A DNA stretch of 64,000 nt from Candidatus Uhrbacteria bacterium (GTDB taxonomy: Bacteria > Patescibacteriota > Patescibacteriia > UBA9934). Both the position numbers and the translations under genes were made by a program. Numbering within the stretch: position 1 is the stretch's first letter; each line of letters opens with the position of its first letter. A model generated the notes under the pieces. The model saw only the letters and a list, made by a program, of their open reading frames with translations. It made no database searches and was not told the origin of the DNA. Where the stretch lies: contig CALRCK010000002.1 of the NCBI GenBank assembly GCA_943354605.1, positions 135,186 through 199,185 on the forward strand. Reading direction: 5' to 3'. Positions 8,476 to 18,293 of the stretch are shown here, piece after piece.

Positions 8476-8901
8476 TTATTCCTCCCGTCGCTTTGCGTCG
8501 TCAATCGTGAGCTCAACGTCGCCATCCAGAAATGCTTGGAGAATAATCTGCGCCGCAATCGCGTCTTCCGGCATCTCACTTCCGTATTCCTGTTGCAACC
8601 GACGAGCTTCGGCTGATGTGAATTGTTCGTCAACGACGAATACCGGCATCGATGTCGCGGTCTGTACATCGCGAACAAATTGCTTCGTCAATTCTAGCTG
8701 CGCATCAGACTGATGTGCGTCTGGAATCGGCAAACCGATGACAAGTGCCTCGGCGCCCTCGTCTCGAGCGCGGTTCATGATGGTCGAGATCGCCTTCACT
8801 CCCCCGTCGATATTGCCCATCGGAAACGCCAACCCCGTCTCGTCGTCGCCCGACGCAAGACCGATTTTCTTGAGGCCGAAGTCAATTCCTAAATATTTCA
8901 T
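8476..8901 (-). CDS. ruvX: YqgF/RuvX family nuclease
   Basis: YLGIDFGLKKIGLA, VIGLP, DEQFTS and DAIAAQIILQ motifs. Confidence 0.93.
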   Translation of the reverse strand: MKYLGIDFGLKKIGLASGDDETGLAFPMGNIDGGVKAISTIMNRARDEGAEALVIGLPIPDAHQSDAQLELTKQFVRDVQTATSMPVFVVDEQFTSAEARRLQQEYGSEMPEDAIAAQIILQAFLDGDVELTIDDAKRREE

Positions 8902-8909
8902 ATTCACAG

Positions 8910-8990
8910 CTCCGTCTTTGCGAGCGTAGCGAAGCAATCTCGGTTCACCCGGATTGCCGCGTCGCGATTACGCTCCTCGCAATGACGGAG
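8910..8990. repeat. CGTC-type palindromic doublet, family C
   Basis: CTCCGTCTTTGCGAGCGTAGCGAAGCAATC...GATTGCCGCGTCGCGATTACGCTCCTCGCAATGACGGAG. Confidence 0.8.
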
Positions 8991-8994
8991 TATG

Positions 8995-9438
8995 TTATTT
9001 CGCTTCTGGTGACGAAGTGAAATCTGCACGAACCGAAACGCTATTCGATGTAACCGGCATATCTTGTGAGATCACGAGTTTTCCGTCGCCGTTGTCCACA
9101 TGCAGCAGTGCGACGTACGTCAGTCCATCCTCCATTGGTTCCGACGTCAAAATCGTTACCGTCGCATTCTCGCTCGCGGCAATCAATCCGGATGAACCGA
9201 TGATTGGCCCAGGAGCACTCCCAATCGATTTGTGAATCGTCACGAATCCTGGCTTGAGGAGCGTTGCCGTGATATCGGCTTCGCCATTGCCTGGCGCGGT
9301 CGCGGCAATCGAGCTCCCCGTGATTTCAACAGGCCCATAGCTCAACTCTGGCGCAGGCTTGGCGAGATACAAAAACAGACCGATCGCCGCGATGACGATG
9401 AGGAGAATCACGCCGCCAAAAATATCGTCTTTTTTCAT
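8995..9438 (-). CDS. Membrane-anchored hypothetical protein
   Basis: N-terminal TM helix; beta-rich domain with GFVTIH and LHVDNGDG. Confidence 0.75.
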   Translation of the reverse strand: MKKDDIFGGVILLIVIAAIGLFLYLAKPAPELSYGPVEITGSSIAATAPGNGEADITATLLKPGFVTIHKSIGSAPGPIIGSSGLIAASENATVTILTSEPMEDGLTYVALLHVDNGDGKLVISQDMPVTSNSVSVRADFTSSPEAK

Positions 9439-9463
9439 AAAAAATTCGAATCGACTTACAGAT

Positions 9464-9549
9464 TCAGTCATCCTGAACGAAGTGAAGGATCTCTCGTATG
9501 TGATCCGGAATTCCCTACGAAGATTCTTCGCTACGCTCAGAATGACTGA
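9464..9549. repeat. GTCAT-terminated palindromic doublet, family D
   Basis: TCAGTCATCCTGAACGAAGTGAAGGATCT...AGATTCTTCGCTACGCTCAGAATGACTGA. Confidence 0.8.
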
Positions 9550-9556
9550 GTGAATA

Positions 9557-10342
9557 TTACATTGTGACTCCTCGGACTTTCGGTACAGGCGTGAGAATCT
9601 CTGGTCCGCTTGGCAAAATCGCGACAGTCACTTCGAAATGCGCCGCGTCGCTGTTGTCGGCGGTCACAATCGTCCACTCGTCATCAGAAACCTCCACCTC
9701 GTGCGTTCCCGTGGTCACCATCGGTTCGATAGCAATACACATTCCGTCCACGAGCGGCGCTTTTGGAAAATGCTTTCCGCGGAAATTTGGAACATTTGGT
9801 GCCTCGTGCACCTGATGCCCAACGCCATGACCAACGAGTGATTCTACGATACCGTAGCCCTTCGGCACCGCGTCTTCAACGGCCCCAGCGATATCCATGA
9901 CGGTGTTTCCGATGACTGCAGCATCGACGCCAGCCATCATCGAATCGTATGTGATACGAAGCAACGTTGCACGCTCCTTGGTAATCGATCCAATTGGTAC
10001 CGTTACCGCCATGTCTGTACAAAGCCCCTTATACCAGCATCCAATGTCGAGGCCGACGATATCGCCCTCGTCGAGAACGATTTCGCGATTGCCCAAACCG
10101 TGAACCACCTCCTCGTTTCTGGAGATACACACGGTTGCCGGGAAAGGCCGACTCTTTGATCCGTATCCAAGAAACGACGGCGTGCCACCACCAGCCTCAA
10201 TAACGCCGCGAGCAATGTCGTCCAGCTGTTTCATCGTCACGCCCGGCTTTGCGGCGTCAACCGCAGCCTGTAACGCCCTTGAAAGCAGTGCGCCGCCTTC
10301 ACGCATCGCCTGAATTTCTTCTTTCGTCTTAATATTCGCCAT
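9557..10342 (-). CDS. map: Type I methionine aminopeptidase
   Basis: CISRNEEVVHG, GHGVG..HEAP, AIEPM and AAHFE motifs. Confidence 0.97.
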   Translation of the reverse strand: MANIKTKEEIQAMREGGALLSRALQAAVDAAKPGVTMKQLDDIARGVIEAGGGTPSFLGYGSKSRPFPATVCISRNEEVVHGLGNREIVLDEGDIVGLDIGCWYKGLCTDMAVTVPIGSITKERATLLRITYDSMMAGVDAAVIGNTVMDIAGAVEDAVPKGYGIVESLVGHGVGHQVHEAPNVPNFRGKHFPKAPLVDGMCIAIEPMVTTGTHEVEVSDDEWTIVTADNSDAAHFEVTVAILPSGPEILTPVPKVRGVTM

Positions 10343-10365
10343 ATTTTTTTCTTTCTTCCCAATCC

Positions 10366-10442
10366 GTCATTGCGAGGAGAATGTAATCATTCAACGCGGC
10401 AATCTTGGCTCACCTAGATTGCTTCGCTACGCTCGCAATGAC
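10366..10442. repeat. CGTC-type palindromic doublet, family C
   Basis: GTCATTGCGAGGAG...GCAATCT...AGATTGCTTCGCTACGCTCGCAATGAC. Confidence 0.8.
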
Positions 10443-10452
10443 TGAAGTCTCA

Positions 10453-11019
10453 TTAACACCCGCCCTGTAGTGTACAAATTCCGTAAATACGATCAGCAAC
10501 TTCCTCAACCGTGCCAACGCCGTCAACTTCGCGAACCAATCCTAGCGAACGGTAATTGTTAATCATTGGTTCCGTATCCTGATCATAAATCTCGAGACGA
10601 CGGCGAATCGCTTCTGGCGTGTCGTCCGTTCGATGCTCGGTGCGGGATCGGTGCGCAATACGCTCGATGGAGACTTCACGAGGAACTTCGATGACGATAA
10701 CCGCAGTTGGCTTGTCGTGTTCAGCATACGCCTCGTATTGATCCTGGTTCCGAGGGAAACCATCCAGAATGTATCCATCCGCACAATCTGGTTTATCAAG
10801 ACGAGCACGAAGCACTTCCGCGACAACTTTTCCTGGCACAAGCTCCCCCTTTGCCTGGATGGCACGGATACGCTCCGCGAGATCGTCTGTTCCGGCTGCA
10901 GCGTCACGAAGCAGTTGCCCCATGGAAAACTGCGGGATTCCAAGACGCGCCGCCAAAATCACCGCCTGTGTTCCCTTCCCGCATCCCTGTGGTCCGAGCA
11001 GAAAGATTCTATGAATCAT
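10453..11019 (-). CDS. adk: Adenylate kinase (short LID type)
   Basis: GPQGCGKGT P-loop; ILDGFPR motif; located between secY and map. Confidence 0.9.
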   Translation of the reverse strand: MIHRIFLLGPQGCGKGTQAVILAARLGIPQFSMGQLLRDAAAGTDDLAERIRAIQAKGELVPGKVVAEVLRARLDKPDCADGYILDGFPRNQDQYEAYAEHDKPTAVIVIEVPREVSIERIAHRSRTEHRTDDTPEAIRRRLEIYDQDTEPMINNYRSLGLVREVDGVGTVEEVADRIYGICTLQGGC

Positions 11020-11071
11020 AGGACTAATACAGGGGAAAGCGTACAGGATTTCACCCAAGCTCGCAACGACA

Positions 11072-11109
11072 TTTCAACCCTTAGCGTTGACCGACCCTTA
11101 GGGTTGAAA
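11072..11109. repeat. Family E double palindrome
   Basis: TTTCAACCCTTAGCGTTGACCGACCCTTAGGGTTGAAA. Confidence 0.8.
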
Positions 11110-11112
11110 AAA

Positions 11113-11142
11113 GAAAAACACCGAATTCCCTCGGTGTTTTTC
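11113..11142. terminator. Intrinsic terminator after secY
   Basis: GAAAAACACCGA-ATTCCC-TCGGTGTTTTTC. Confidence 0.75.
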
Positions 11143-11169
11143 AAAAATGATTCTCGACCCTCAGCTTTC

Positions 11170-12426
11170 TTACACGTCGTACGCTCTCATGGTTAATTGA
11201 GATTGGACCTGCTTGACGATGTCGATCACCACGGAGACAACGATGATCATGGACGATCCGCCGACCGCGAGGTTCTGGTTGCCAGTGAAGCCCTGAACAA
11301 CGTTTGGAAGAATGGCGATCGTTGCAAGGAAGAATGCGCCGGAGAGCAACAAGCGGTTCATCACCCACTGCAAATACTTCGTGGTCTGTTCACCGGGGCG
11401 AACGCCTGGAATAAATCCACCCTGCTTCTGCAAGTTCTCCGAAATCTGTTCTGGACGGAACACAATCGAAGCGTAGAAGAAGGTAAAGGCGAACACGAGG
11501 ACGAAGTAAAGCACTGCGTGAACGGTGTTATTTTGGAACGTCACCACCATCCATTGTGCAATGTCGCGGATCACCTGCGTGCGAGCCTGGGTGAAGAACT
11601 GCGCCAACAATGGAGGAAGGACGACAATGGAAAGCGCGAAGAGAATTGGAATCATTCCACCAATGTTCAAACGAAGCGGCAATGACGACTGCACCTTGCC
11701 CGACATCTGTCCGCCGCCTCGAGCGTACTGAACCACAATGTTTCGCTGACCCTCGGTCACGATAACCACACCAACGATCGTAATCACCGCGAGTGCAACA
11801 AAGAGCGCAATGCTCAGCATGTCACCAGAGTTGTATGTTGCGGCAGCCTGTGCAATAGCGCCAGGAAGGCCGGCCATAATACCTGCAAAGATGAGGAGCG
11901 AAATACCATTTCCCATTTTACGTTCCGTCGCCAATTCACCAAGCCACATGAGGAAAATGGTTCCTGCAGCCATGGAAATCAACGCGAAAATCAATTGCAA
12001 TCCGGTCAAATGAATACCAAGCTGTTGCTGAGTTTCAATCAAGCGCAACACACCGTATCCCTGCAAAAACGCGAGAGGAACCGTGGCGAAACGTGTGTAA
12101 CGATTGATGCGCTGGCGGCCCTGCTCTTCTTTCTGCATTTCTTCCAAACTTGGGAAGATCATTCCCAGCAACTGGAAGATAATTGACGACGTAATATACG
12201 GAGAGACGCCGAGTGCAACAACGGAGAAGTTCTTCAGCGTGCCTCCCGAAAACATGTTCAAGATGCCCAAAAACTGGTTTCCTTCCAAAATGGAAGACAA
12301 CCCCGACGCATCAATACCCGGAACCGGAATGTGCGCCGCCACGCGGAACACCACAACCACAAAGACGATGAACAGGAGCGCATTACGGAGTTCCGGAATG
12401 CGGAAGATGCGTTTCAGGGTTTCCAT
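11170..12426 (-). CDS. secY: Preprotein translocase subunit SecY
   Basis: HIPVPGI, ALGVSPYITSSII, GNGISLLIF and GGFIPGVRPG motifs. Confidence 0.98.
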   Translation of the reverse strand: METLKRIFRIPELRNALLFIVFVVVVFRVAAHIPVPGIDASGLSSILEGNQFLGILNMFSGGTLKNFSVVALGVSPYITSSIIFQLLGMIFPSLEEMQKEEQGRQRINRYTRFATVPLAFLQGYGVLRLIETQQQLGIHLTGLQLIFALISMAAGTIFLMWLGELATERKMGNGISLLIFAGIMAGLPGAIAQAAATYNSGDMLSIALFVALAVITIVGVVIVTEGQRNIVVQYARGGGQMSGKVQSSLPLRLNIGGMIPILFALSIVVLPPLLAQFFTQARTQVIRDIAQWMVVTFQNNTVHAVLYFVLVFAFTFFYASIVFRPEQISENLQKQGGFIPGVRPGEQTTKYLQWVMNRLLLSGAFFLATIAILPNVVQGFTGNQNLAVGGSSMIIVVSVVIDIVKQVQSQLTMRAYDV

Positions 12427-12439
12427 ATTTGGGAAGAAA

Positions 12440-12877
12440 CTATGCGTTAACAGTACCGCCGGCCTTGGTGATCTTTTCCGCAGCTGATGCAGAAACGGTG
12501 CAGTTCTTTACGGTAACCGCGACAGTGATCTCTCCGTTTCCGAGAATCTTCACTGGAGCGGACTTGCTCAACACCAACCCCTTCTTTGCAAGAGTGACCG
12601 GTGTGACGTATTCGCCCGCAATGTACTTTGAGGCAATAGACTGAAGATTCACCGCCTGTACCTTTGCCGCAAGCGACGTGAATCCGCGCATCTTTGGCGT
12701 TGCGAGCATGAGGCTTCGCATACCAAGGCGCTTCAAGCCACCAACACCAGAACGAGCGCTCTGACCTTTTTGTCCGCGGCCAGCCGTGGTGCCACGCGAT
12801 CCCAAGCCGCGACCAACGCGACGCTTGTTCCGCTTTGCGCCAAGTGCTGGGCGAAGGGTTGAAAGAGAAATACTCAT
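12440..12877 (-). CDS. rplO: 50S ribosomal protein L15
   Basis: RVGRGLGS.GTTAGRGQKGQ and VKILGNG motifs. Confidence 0.97.
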   Translation of the reverse strand: MSISLSTLRPALGAKRNKRRVGRGLGSRGTTAGRGQKGQSARSGVGGLKRLGMRSLMLATPKMRGFTSLAAKVQAVNLQSIASKYIAGEYVTPVTLAKKGLVLSKSAPVKILGNGEITVAVTVKNCTVSASAAEKITKAGGTVNA

Positions 12878-12878
12878 A

Positions 12879-13514
12879 TTAGGCGGTAATCACTGGAGCA
12901 GCTTCTGGCTTGCGCAATGCGACAAGAGCCAAGAACGTTGCCTTTGCGTTGTTAATTTTGTTGCTTGAACCCATCAGCTTCGAAACAGCGTTTGGTACAC
13001 CAGCAAGTTCCAAGACCATACGCGCAGGACCGCCGCACTTGAGTCCAGTACCCTGTGGAGCTGGCTTCAAGAGCACGATTGCCGCAGCGAACTTCCGCTG
13101 AATTTCGTGTGGAATGGTTTCCTTCACCAATGGAACGGTCACCATATTCTTCTTTGCCTGACGGAATGCCTTTTCGACAGCCATCGCGACGTCGGCACCC
13201 TTTGCAACGCCGAATCCCACGCGGCCACGGCGATCACCGATGACCAAGCTTGCGCGGAAACGCATGCGCTTTCCACCTTTTGTCACACGAGTGACGCGAG
13301 CAAGTTCGAGAATTTTCTGCTCGAATTCGCGTGGCTCACGGTCGTCACGACGACCGCCACGTGCCCCACCCTTACCGCGAGCGTCTCCGCCGCGATTCCC
13401 GCCTTGGCCTGGACGACCACCACGACCTGCTGCTGCACCGCGATTGGCGCCGAATGCTGGTCGTGCAGCTCCGGTTGCTGCTCCTGGCACTGTTGTTTTT
13501 GGAGAGTCGGTCAT
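12879..13514 (-). CDS. rpsE: 30S ribosomal protein S5
   Basis: RVTRVTKGGKRMRF motif; long Gly/Arg-rich N-terminal extension. Confidence 0.97.
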   Translation of the reverse strand: MTDSPKTTVPGAATGAARPAFGANRGAAAGRGGRPGQGGNRGGDARGKGGARGGRRDDREPREFEQKILELARVTRVTKGGKRMRFRASLVIGDRRGRVGFGVAKGADVAMAVEKAFRQAKKNMVTVPLVKETIPHEIQRKFAAAIVLLKPAPQGTGLKCGGPARMVLELAGVPNAVSKLMGSSNKINNAKATFLALVALRKPEAAPVITA

Positions 13515-13517
13515 AGG

Positions 13518-13877
13518 TTAGAACTGAAGTCCGTTCGTGCGACATGCATCCGCAATCGCAGCGACACGACCGTGATAAAGATACGAACCGCGATCAAAGG
13601 TGACCGAAGTGATTCCGAGCGCCTTTGCTGCTGCCGCAAGAGCGACACCAACGTTTGCTGCTCGAACCAGAGGCTTGTCGGCCTTTGGCATCTTCACGTC
13701 CGACGCCGAGCACAACGTCTTTCCGATATCGTCGTTCACCAACTGGGCACTAATGTGCTTGCTGGAACGGAAGACGGTGAGACGAGGTCGCTCCGCAGTG
13801 CCATGAATTTTTGCGCGAGTCCGGAGAGCGCGGCGCGCTTTTCCGTGACGTTTCGCGAGGATATTCTTTCGCAACAT
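13518..13877 (-). CDS. rplR: 50S ribosomal protein L18
   Basis: RPRLTVFRSSKHI and FDRGSYLYHGRV motifs. Confidence 0.97.
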   Translation of the reverse strand: MLRKNILAKRHGKARRALRTRAKIHGTAERPRLTVFRSSKHISAQLVNDDIGKTLCSASDVKMPKADKPLVRAANVGVALAAAAKALGITSVTFDRGSYLYHGRVAAIADACRTNGLQF

Positions 13878-13886
13878 AGAGAGGGA

Positions 13887-14438
13887 TTATTCGCTCTTCG
13901 ACGCCTTACCAGCCTTACGACGAATAATTTCGTCGGTATAGCGGAAACCCTTGCCCTTGTATGGCTCAGGCTTTTTCTGTGAACGGATCTCTGCGGCGAT
14001 CTTTCCCACAAGCGCAGCATCTGCTCCGCTGATGGTCAGAACGTTCGCGTCAATCTTTGCGGTGATTCCTGCTGGCAACACGAATTTTACATCGTGAGAG
14101 AAGCCAAGAGAAAGCACAAGTGTCGTTCCCTGCACGTTCATTTTGAATCCGACACCGTTCAATTCCAGGGCTTTGACGTATCCTTCGGATACTCCCTTCA
14201 CCATCTGCGCAATGAGTGCGCGCATGGTTCCCCAAATTGCACGATCGTCGCGATCTGGATCGACGACGGTAACGTTAATCTGCGAAACACCTTCTTCGGT
14301 GGAAAGCGTTGCGGCGGCATGTGGGTGAAGCACGAGCGAAAGCTCGCCCTTTGGTCCTTTTGCGGAGACGGTGTTTCCTGCGATGGTCGCAGTCACACCG
14401 GCTGGCAAGAAGACTGGTTTTTTTCCAATGCGAGACAT
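13887..14438 (-). CDS. rplF: 50S ribosomal protein L6
   Basis: MSRIGKKP and PEPYKGKG motifs. Confidence 0.97.
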   Translation of the reverse strand: MSRIGKKPVFLPAGVTATIAGNTVSAKGPKGELSLVLHPHAAATLSTEEGVSQINVTVVDPDRDDRAIWGTMRALIAQMVKGVSEGYVKALELNGVGFKMNVQGTTLVLSLGFSHDVKFVLPAGITAKIDANVLTISGADAALVGKIAAEIRSQKKPEPYKGKGFRYTDEIIRRKAGKASKSE

Positions 14439-14439
14439 A

Positions 14440-14835
14440 TTAGTAGATTTCGCAGATAAGTTCACCGCCCAAGCGACGCTTGTGCGCTTCTTTGTTCGTC
14501 ATCAATCCGTTTGGTGTCGAGAGAATCGAGCAACCCTGTCCGGATCGGACGCTACGCAAGTTGTCTGCCTTCACGTACACGCGAAGACTCGGCTTGCTCT
14601 TTCGAACGATAGATGCAATTGCTGGCTCGCCGCTCTCGCGATACGCAAGGCGAACACGCAGCATTGGTTTTGCACCATCCTGGAACGTTTCAACAGCTAC
14701 AAGATATCCCTCCTTTTCGAGGATCTTCGCCATTGCGAACTTCATTTTAGACATCGGCATCTCAACGGTCACCGCACGCGTCATGGATGCGTTACGGATT
14801 CGGGTGAGCATGTCGGAAATTGGATCGGTCATCAT
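14440..14835 (-). CDS. rpsH: 30S ribosomal protein S8
   Basis: TDPISDMLTRIRNA motif. Confidence 0.97.
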   Translation of the reverse strand: MMTDPISDMLTRIRNASMTRAVTVEMPMSKMKFAMAKILEKEGYLVAVETFQDGAKPMLRVRLAYRESGEPAIASIVRKSKPSLRVYVKADNLRSVRSGQGCSILSTPNGLMTNKEAHKRRLGGELICEIY

Positions 14836-14839
14836 AGGA

Positions 14840-15025
14840 TTACCAGCTTGCTTTTCGTACGCCCGGGATCTCACCTACGTTCGCAAGTTCACGGAAACAG
14901 ATACGGCACAGGCCAAAGGCTCGCATGAAGAAGCGCTTACGGCCGCAGCGCCAGCATCGATGGACGACGCGTGTGCTGAACTTTGGCGTCTTCGCCGACT
15001 TTGCGATTTGATTCGTCGTTGCCAT
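14840..15025 (-). CDS. rpsN: 30S ribosomal protein S14, zinc-binding type Z
   Basis: RCWRCGR...LCRICFRE; 61 aa. Confidence 0.97.
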   Translation of the reverse strand: MATTNQIAKSAKTPKFSTRVVHRCWRCGRKRFFMRAFGLCRICFRELANVGEIPGVRKASW

Positions 15026-15028
15026 AGC

Positions 15029-15577
15029 TTATTTCTGTTGCTTGGAAGCGAACGGGAATCCGATCGCTTTGAGAAGGGCGATGCCTTCTTCGTGGTTCTT
15101 TGCAGTCGTAGTGATCGTCACCTGGAGTCCGTGGAGCGACTCCACTTCATCTGGATGAATTTCCGGGAACGCGATGTGTTCCGTAAATCCATAGTTGAAG
15201 TTGCCCTGGCTGTCGACGGCAGACTCAGGAATACCGCGGAAGTCACGGATACGCGCGAAGGCGATGTTCGTGAGCTTCGTGAGGAAGTCCCACATACGCT
15301 TGCCGCGAAGCGTCGCCATCACTCCAACCACCATACCCTCACGAACCTTGAATCCTGCAATGGACTTCTTCGCTTTCGTGCGGACAGGTTGCTGACCAGT
15401 GATGCGACGGAAGGTTTCAACCACTACGTCAGCGAACTTGGCATCCTTTCCTTTCCCGAGTCCAGCGTTGATCGTCACTTTCGTGATGACTGGTGTCTCG
15501 TGAACGTTCGTGTAGCCAAATTCCTTTCGGAGCGCCGGTCCAACGGTCGTCTTCATTTGTTCTTGGATATTCTGCAT
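15029..15577 (-). CDS. rplE: 50S ribosomal protein L5
   Basis: ITGQQP and RIRDFRG motifs. Confidence 0.97.
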   Translation of the reverse strand: MQNIQEQMKTTVGPALRKEFGYTNVHETPVITKVTINAGLGKGKDAKFADVVVETFRRITGQQPVRTKAKKSIAGFKVREGMVVGVMATLRGKRMWDFLTKLTNIAFARIRDFRGIPESAVDSQGNFNYGFTEHIAFPEIHPDEVESLHGLQVTITTTAKNHEEGIALLKAIGFPFASKQQK

Positions 15578-15578
15578 A

Positions 15579-15902
15579 CTAATCGATTTGTGTCACGCCC
15601 TTCTTGGTTCGAAGAACGCGCACTTTTTGCTGCCGTCCATCTTTGGTGATGAACGAATAGCCCACACGACCTTTTTTTCCACCTTCACCGATCACCGCAA
15701 CTCGCGATGCTGGAAGTGGTGCGTTGAACGTGACGCGCTGACCAGCAGCAGTCTTTCCCTTCGCCTTGATGTGCTTCACCGCTTGGTTCACACCATCAAC
15801 GACGACGAGTTCACGTGCTGGGAACGTCTGAATGACCTTTCCCTCTTTTCCTTTATGTTTGCCCGCAATGACGCGGACATTGTCTCCGGTTTTGATTTTC
15901 AT
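15579..15902 (-). CDS. rplX: 50S ribosomal protein L24
   Basis: KOW motif IKTGDNVRVIAGKHKGKEGKV. Confidence 0.96.
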   Translation of the reverse strand: MKIKTGDNVRVIAGKHKGKEGKVIQTFPARELVVVDGVNQAVKHIKAKGKTAAGQRVTFNAPLPASRVAVIGEGGKKGRVGYSFITKDGRQQKVRVLRTKKGVTQID

Positions 15903-15912
15903 AGGAGAGGAT

Positions 15913-16284
15913 TTAGAGGACTTCAGGAGCGAGAGACACAATCTTTGTGAACCCTTCTGCACGCAACTCGCGGGCAATTGGTCCAAAGATACGTGTTCCC
16001 TTCGGCTCTTTTGAAACGCGGTTAATGATGACGCCCGCATTTTCGTCGAAACGAATGTAGGAGCCGTCCTTTCGGCGAACTTCCTTTCGTGTACGGACGA
16101 TAACGGCGTGAACCACGTCGCTCTTTTTGACCATTGTGTGTGGAGCAGCCTGCTTCACAACGGCAGTCACGACGTCGCCCAAACGAGCGTACCGCTTTTT
16201 GTAGCCGCCGAGGACACGAATGACTTGGAGTTGTTTTGCGCCGGTGTTATCGGCGACACTCATCATGGATCGATGTTGCAACAT
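15913..16284 (-). CDS. rplN: 50S ribosomal protein L14
   Basis: VADNTGAK and GTRIFGP motifs. Confidence 0.98.
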   Translation of the reverse strand: MLQHRSMMSVADNTGAKQLQVIRVLGGYKKRYARLGDVVTAVVKQAAPHTMVKKSDVVHAVIVRTRKEVRRKDGSYIRFDENAGVIINRVSKEPKGTRIFGPIARELRAEGFTKIVSLAPEVL

Positions 16285-16295
16285 ACAAAGTCAGG

Positions 16296-16592
16296 TTACG
16301 CTTTTGGCGTTGAAACAACGCGGAAACGCTTTCGTGCCGAAAGCGGACGCGTCTCTTCAATAGTCACCGTGTCACCCTCGTTTGCGGTCATCGCTTCATC
16401 GTGCGCCATGAACTTGGTGCTGACGATGTAGCGCTTTCCGTATTTTGGATGAACCTCTGTACGGTCAATCCGAACGACAACCGTTTTTGGCGTTTTGTGC
16501 GCCGAAACAACCACGCCAGTAAAACGGCGGTGCATTGTTGTTTTGGAAGCTGTTGGTTGTTCAGCTTTTGGTGATGGGGTTTTAGTTGCCAT
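16296..16592 (-). CDS. rpsQ: 30S ribosomal protein S17
   Basis: HPKYGK and ETRPLSARKRF motifs. Confidence 0.96.
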   Translation of the reverse strand: MATKTPSPKAEQPTASKTTMHRRFTGVVVSAHKTPKTVVVRIDRTEVHPKYGKRYIVSTKFMAHDEAMTANEGDTVTIEETRPLSARKRFRVVSTPKA

Positions 16593-16595
16593 ACG

Positions 16596-16790
16596 TTAGA
16601 GGCTTGTGATCGCGGAGCGCTGTGTCTCCAAGCGAGCGATACGTTTCTTGGTCTCACGAACGGTGCGAACTGCGCGCAACTGACCAACGGAAAGTTTGAG
16701 TGTCATGTCACGGAGCTTGGCGCGTTCCTCAGCAATCATTGCCAAGAGCTCTTTTGCGTTCATACCCGCGAATTCGTTCTTTGGAGGCAT
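16596..16790 (-). CDS. rpmC: 50S ribosomal protein L29
   Basis: Operon position; KKRIARLET motif. Confidence 0.9.
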   Translation of the reverse strand: MPPKNEFAGMNAKELLAMIAEERAKLRDMTLKLSVGQLRAVRTVRETKKRIARLETQRSAITSL

Positions 16791-16794
16791 ATGC

Positions 16795-17208
16795 TTAGGT
16801 TCGAGTGACAATCTTCGTCTTTACTGGAAGTTTGTATGCTGCGAGACGGAATGCTTCTTGAGCAATTTCCGGAGTCACACCATCCATCTCGAACATCACG
16901 GTGCCGGCGCGAACTGGTGTCATGTAGTAATCGACACCACCCTTTCCCTTACCCATTGGCGCTTCAGCACCATGGTTGGTGACTGGGTGATCTGGGAAAA
17001 TGCGGATCCAGATTTTTCCACCACGTTTGATAGCACGGGTCATTGCACGACGCGCGGCCTCAATTTGTCGGGCAGTAACCCATGCCTCGGTGATGGCCTT
17101 GAGTCCGAATGAGCCAAAGGCCACATCCGTTTTTTGCGTCGCCAAGCGGTCGCCGGTTGTTCGGCGCTTGTGCCACTTGCGGTATTTCATTTTTTTCGGA
17201 AGCAACAT
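16795..17208 (-). CDS. rplP: 50S ribosomal protein L16
   Basis: QIEAARRA and MGKGKG motifs. Confidence 0.98.
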   Translation of the reverse strand: MLLPKKMKYRKWHKRRTTGDRLATQKTDVAFGSFGLKAITEAWVTARQIEAARRAMTRAIKRGGKIWIRIFPDHPVTNHGAEAPMGKGKGGVDYYMTPVRAGTVMFEMDGVTPEIAQEAFRLAAYKLPVKTKIVTRT

Positions 17209-17224
17209 ACGAGGATATCAATTC

Positions 17225-17938
17225 CTATGACCGTGCGCCGCGGCTTGGCGCGGGACGATGCTCTGCGGACTCAGTTTGTGCCTGTGCCTCTACCGCTGCG
17301 CCGAACACGTCGCCGCGATAGATCCAAACCTTCACACCAATCACTCCGAAAATCGTGTTTGCGCGCACGCGAGCAAAGTCGATGTCGGCACGAAGGTTGT
17401 GCAAAGGAATGCTGCCGTTCGCAATCGTTTCCGTTCGTGCGATTTCCGAACCGTTCAAACGGCCAGAAAGCGTGAGTTTCACACCTCGCGCGCCGCCCTT
17501 CATGACGCGCTCGATTGCCATTTTCATGGATCGGCGGAATGGAAGACGTTGCTCAATTTCACGAGCGATCTGGTCGCCAATGATCTGCGCAGACATTGTT
17601 GGACGAGAAACTTCTTCGACGTTGATATTCAACGTCACGCGCTGTCCGCGGTAGAACTCCTTCGAAAGCTTCTTCTTCAACTCCTCGATTCCTGCACCAG
17701 CGCGGCCGATGATGACACCAGGCTTTGCGGCACGAATCGTGATCGTAACGCGCTTTGGTGTGCGATCGATACCGATCGAGTCCAAACCGACGTCACGAAG
17801 CGCTTTGCGCAAGTATTCACGGATGTTCACGTCCTCTTTCAACGAAGACACGAACTGCTTTCCACGAGCGAACCACTTCGAGTCCCACGTGTAAATCGTG
17901 GAAAGACGGAAGACTTTTGGATTGACTTTATGACCCAT
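17225..17938 (-). CDS. rpsC: 30S ribosomal protein S3
   Basis: MGHKVNP, GRLNGSEIAR and GVKVWI motifs. Confidence 0.98.
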   Translation of the reverse strand: MGHKVNPKVFRLSTIYTWDSKWFARGKQFVSSLKEDVNIREYLRKALRDVGLDSIGIDRTPKRVTITIRAAKPGVIIGRAGAGIEELKKKLSKEFYRGQRVTLNINVEEVSRPTMSAQIIGDQIAREIEQRLPFRRSMKMAIERVMKGGARGVKLTLSGRLNGSEIARTETIANGSIPLHNLRADIDFARVRANTIFGVIGVKVWIYRGDVFGAAVEAQAQTESAEHRPAPSRGARS

Positions 17939-17941
17939 AGG

Positions 17942-18283
17942 TTAGGTGGTGATTTTTGGCGAGACCACAACGTGGATGTGCGACATTCGATGACGAATTG
18001 GCGTCGCGCGACCCTGTGCACGTGGAGCAAACCGTTTAATCTTTGGGCCTTCGTCGACCCAGGTCTTCACAACAACGAGCGTTGAAGGATCAAGCTTTGC
18101 GTTGTTCGTTGCGTTTGCAACGGCAGAGTTCAATGCCTTCAAAACCGTTCGTGCTGCGAGCTTTGGGGACACCATGAGCTGGCGACGAGCTTCGTTCACC
18201 GACTTGCCACGAATCAACCCCACGACAAGACGAGTCTTGCGAGGTGCGATTCGGATAAATTTTGCGACCGCTTTGACTTCCAT
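17942..18283 (-). CDS. rplV: 50S ribosomal protein L22
   Basis: IAPRKTRLV and PRAQGRA motifs. Confidence 0.97.
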   Translation of the reverse strand: MEVKAVAKFIRIAPRKTRLVVGLIRGKSVNEARRQLMVSPKLAARTVLKALNSAVANATNNAKLDPSTLVVVKTWVDEGPKIKRFAPRAQGRATPIRHRMSHIHVVVSPKITT

Positions 18284-18293
18284 AATATTTGGA

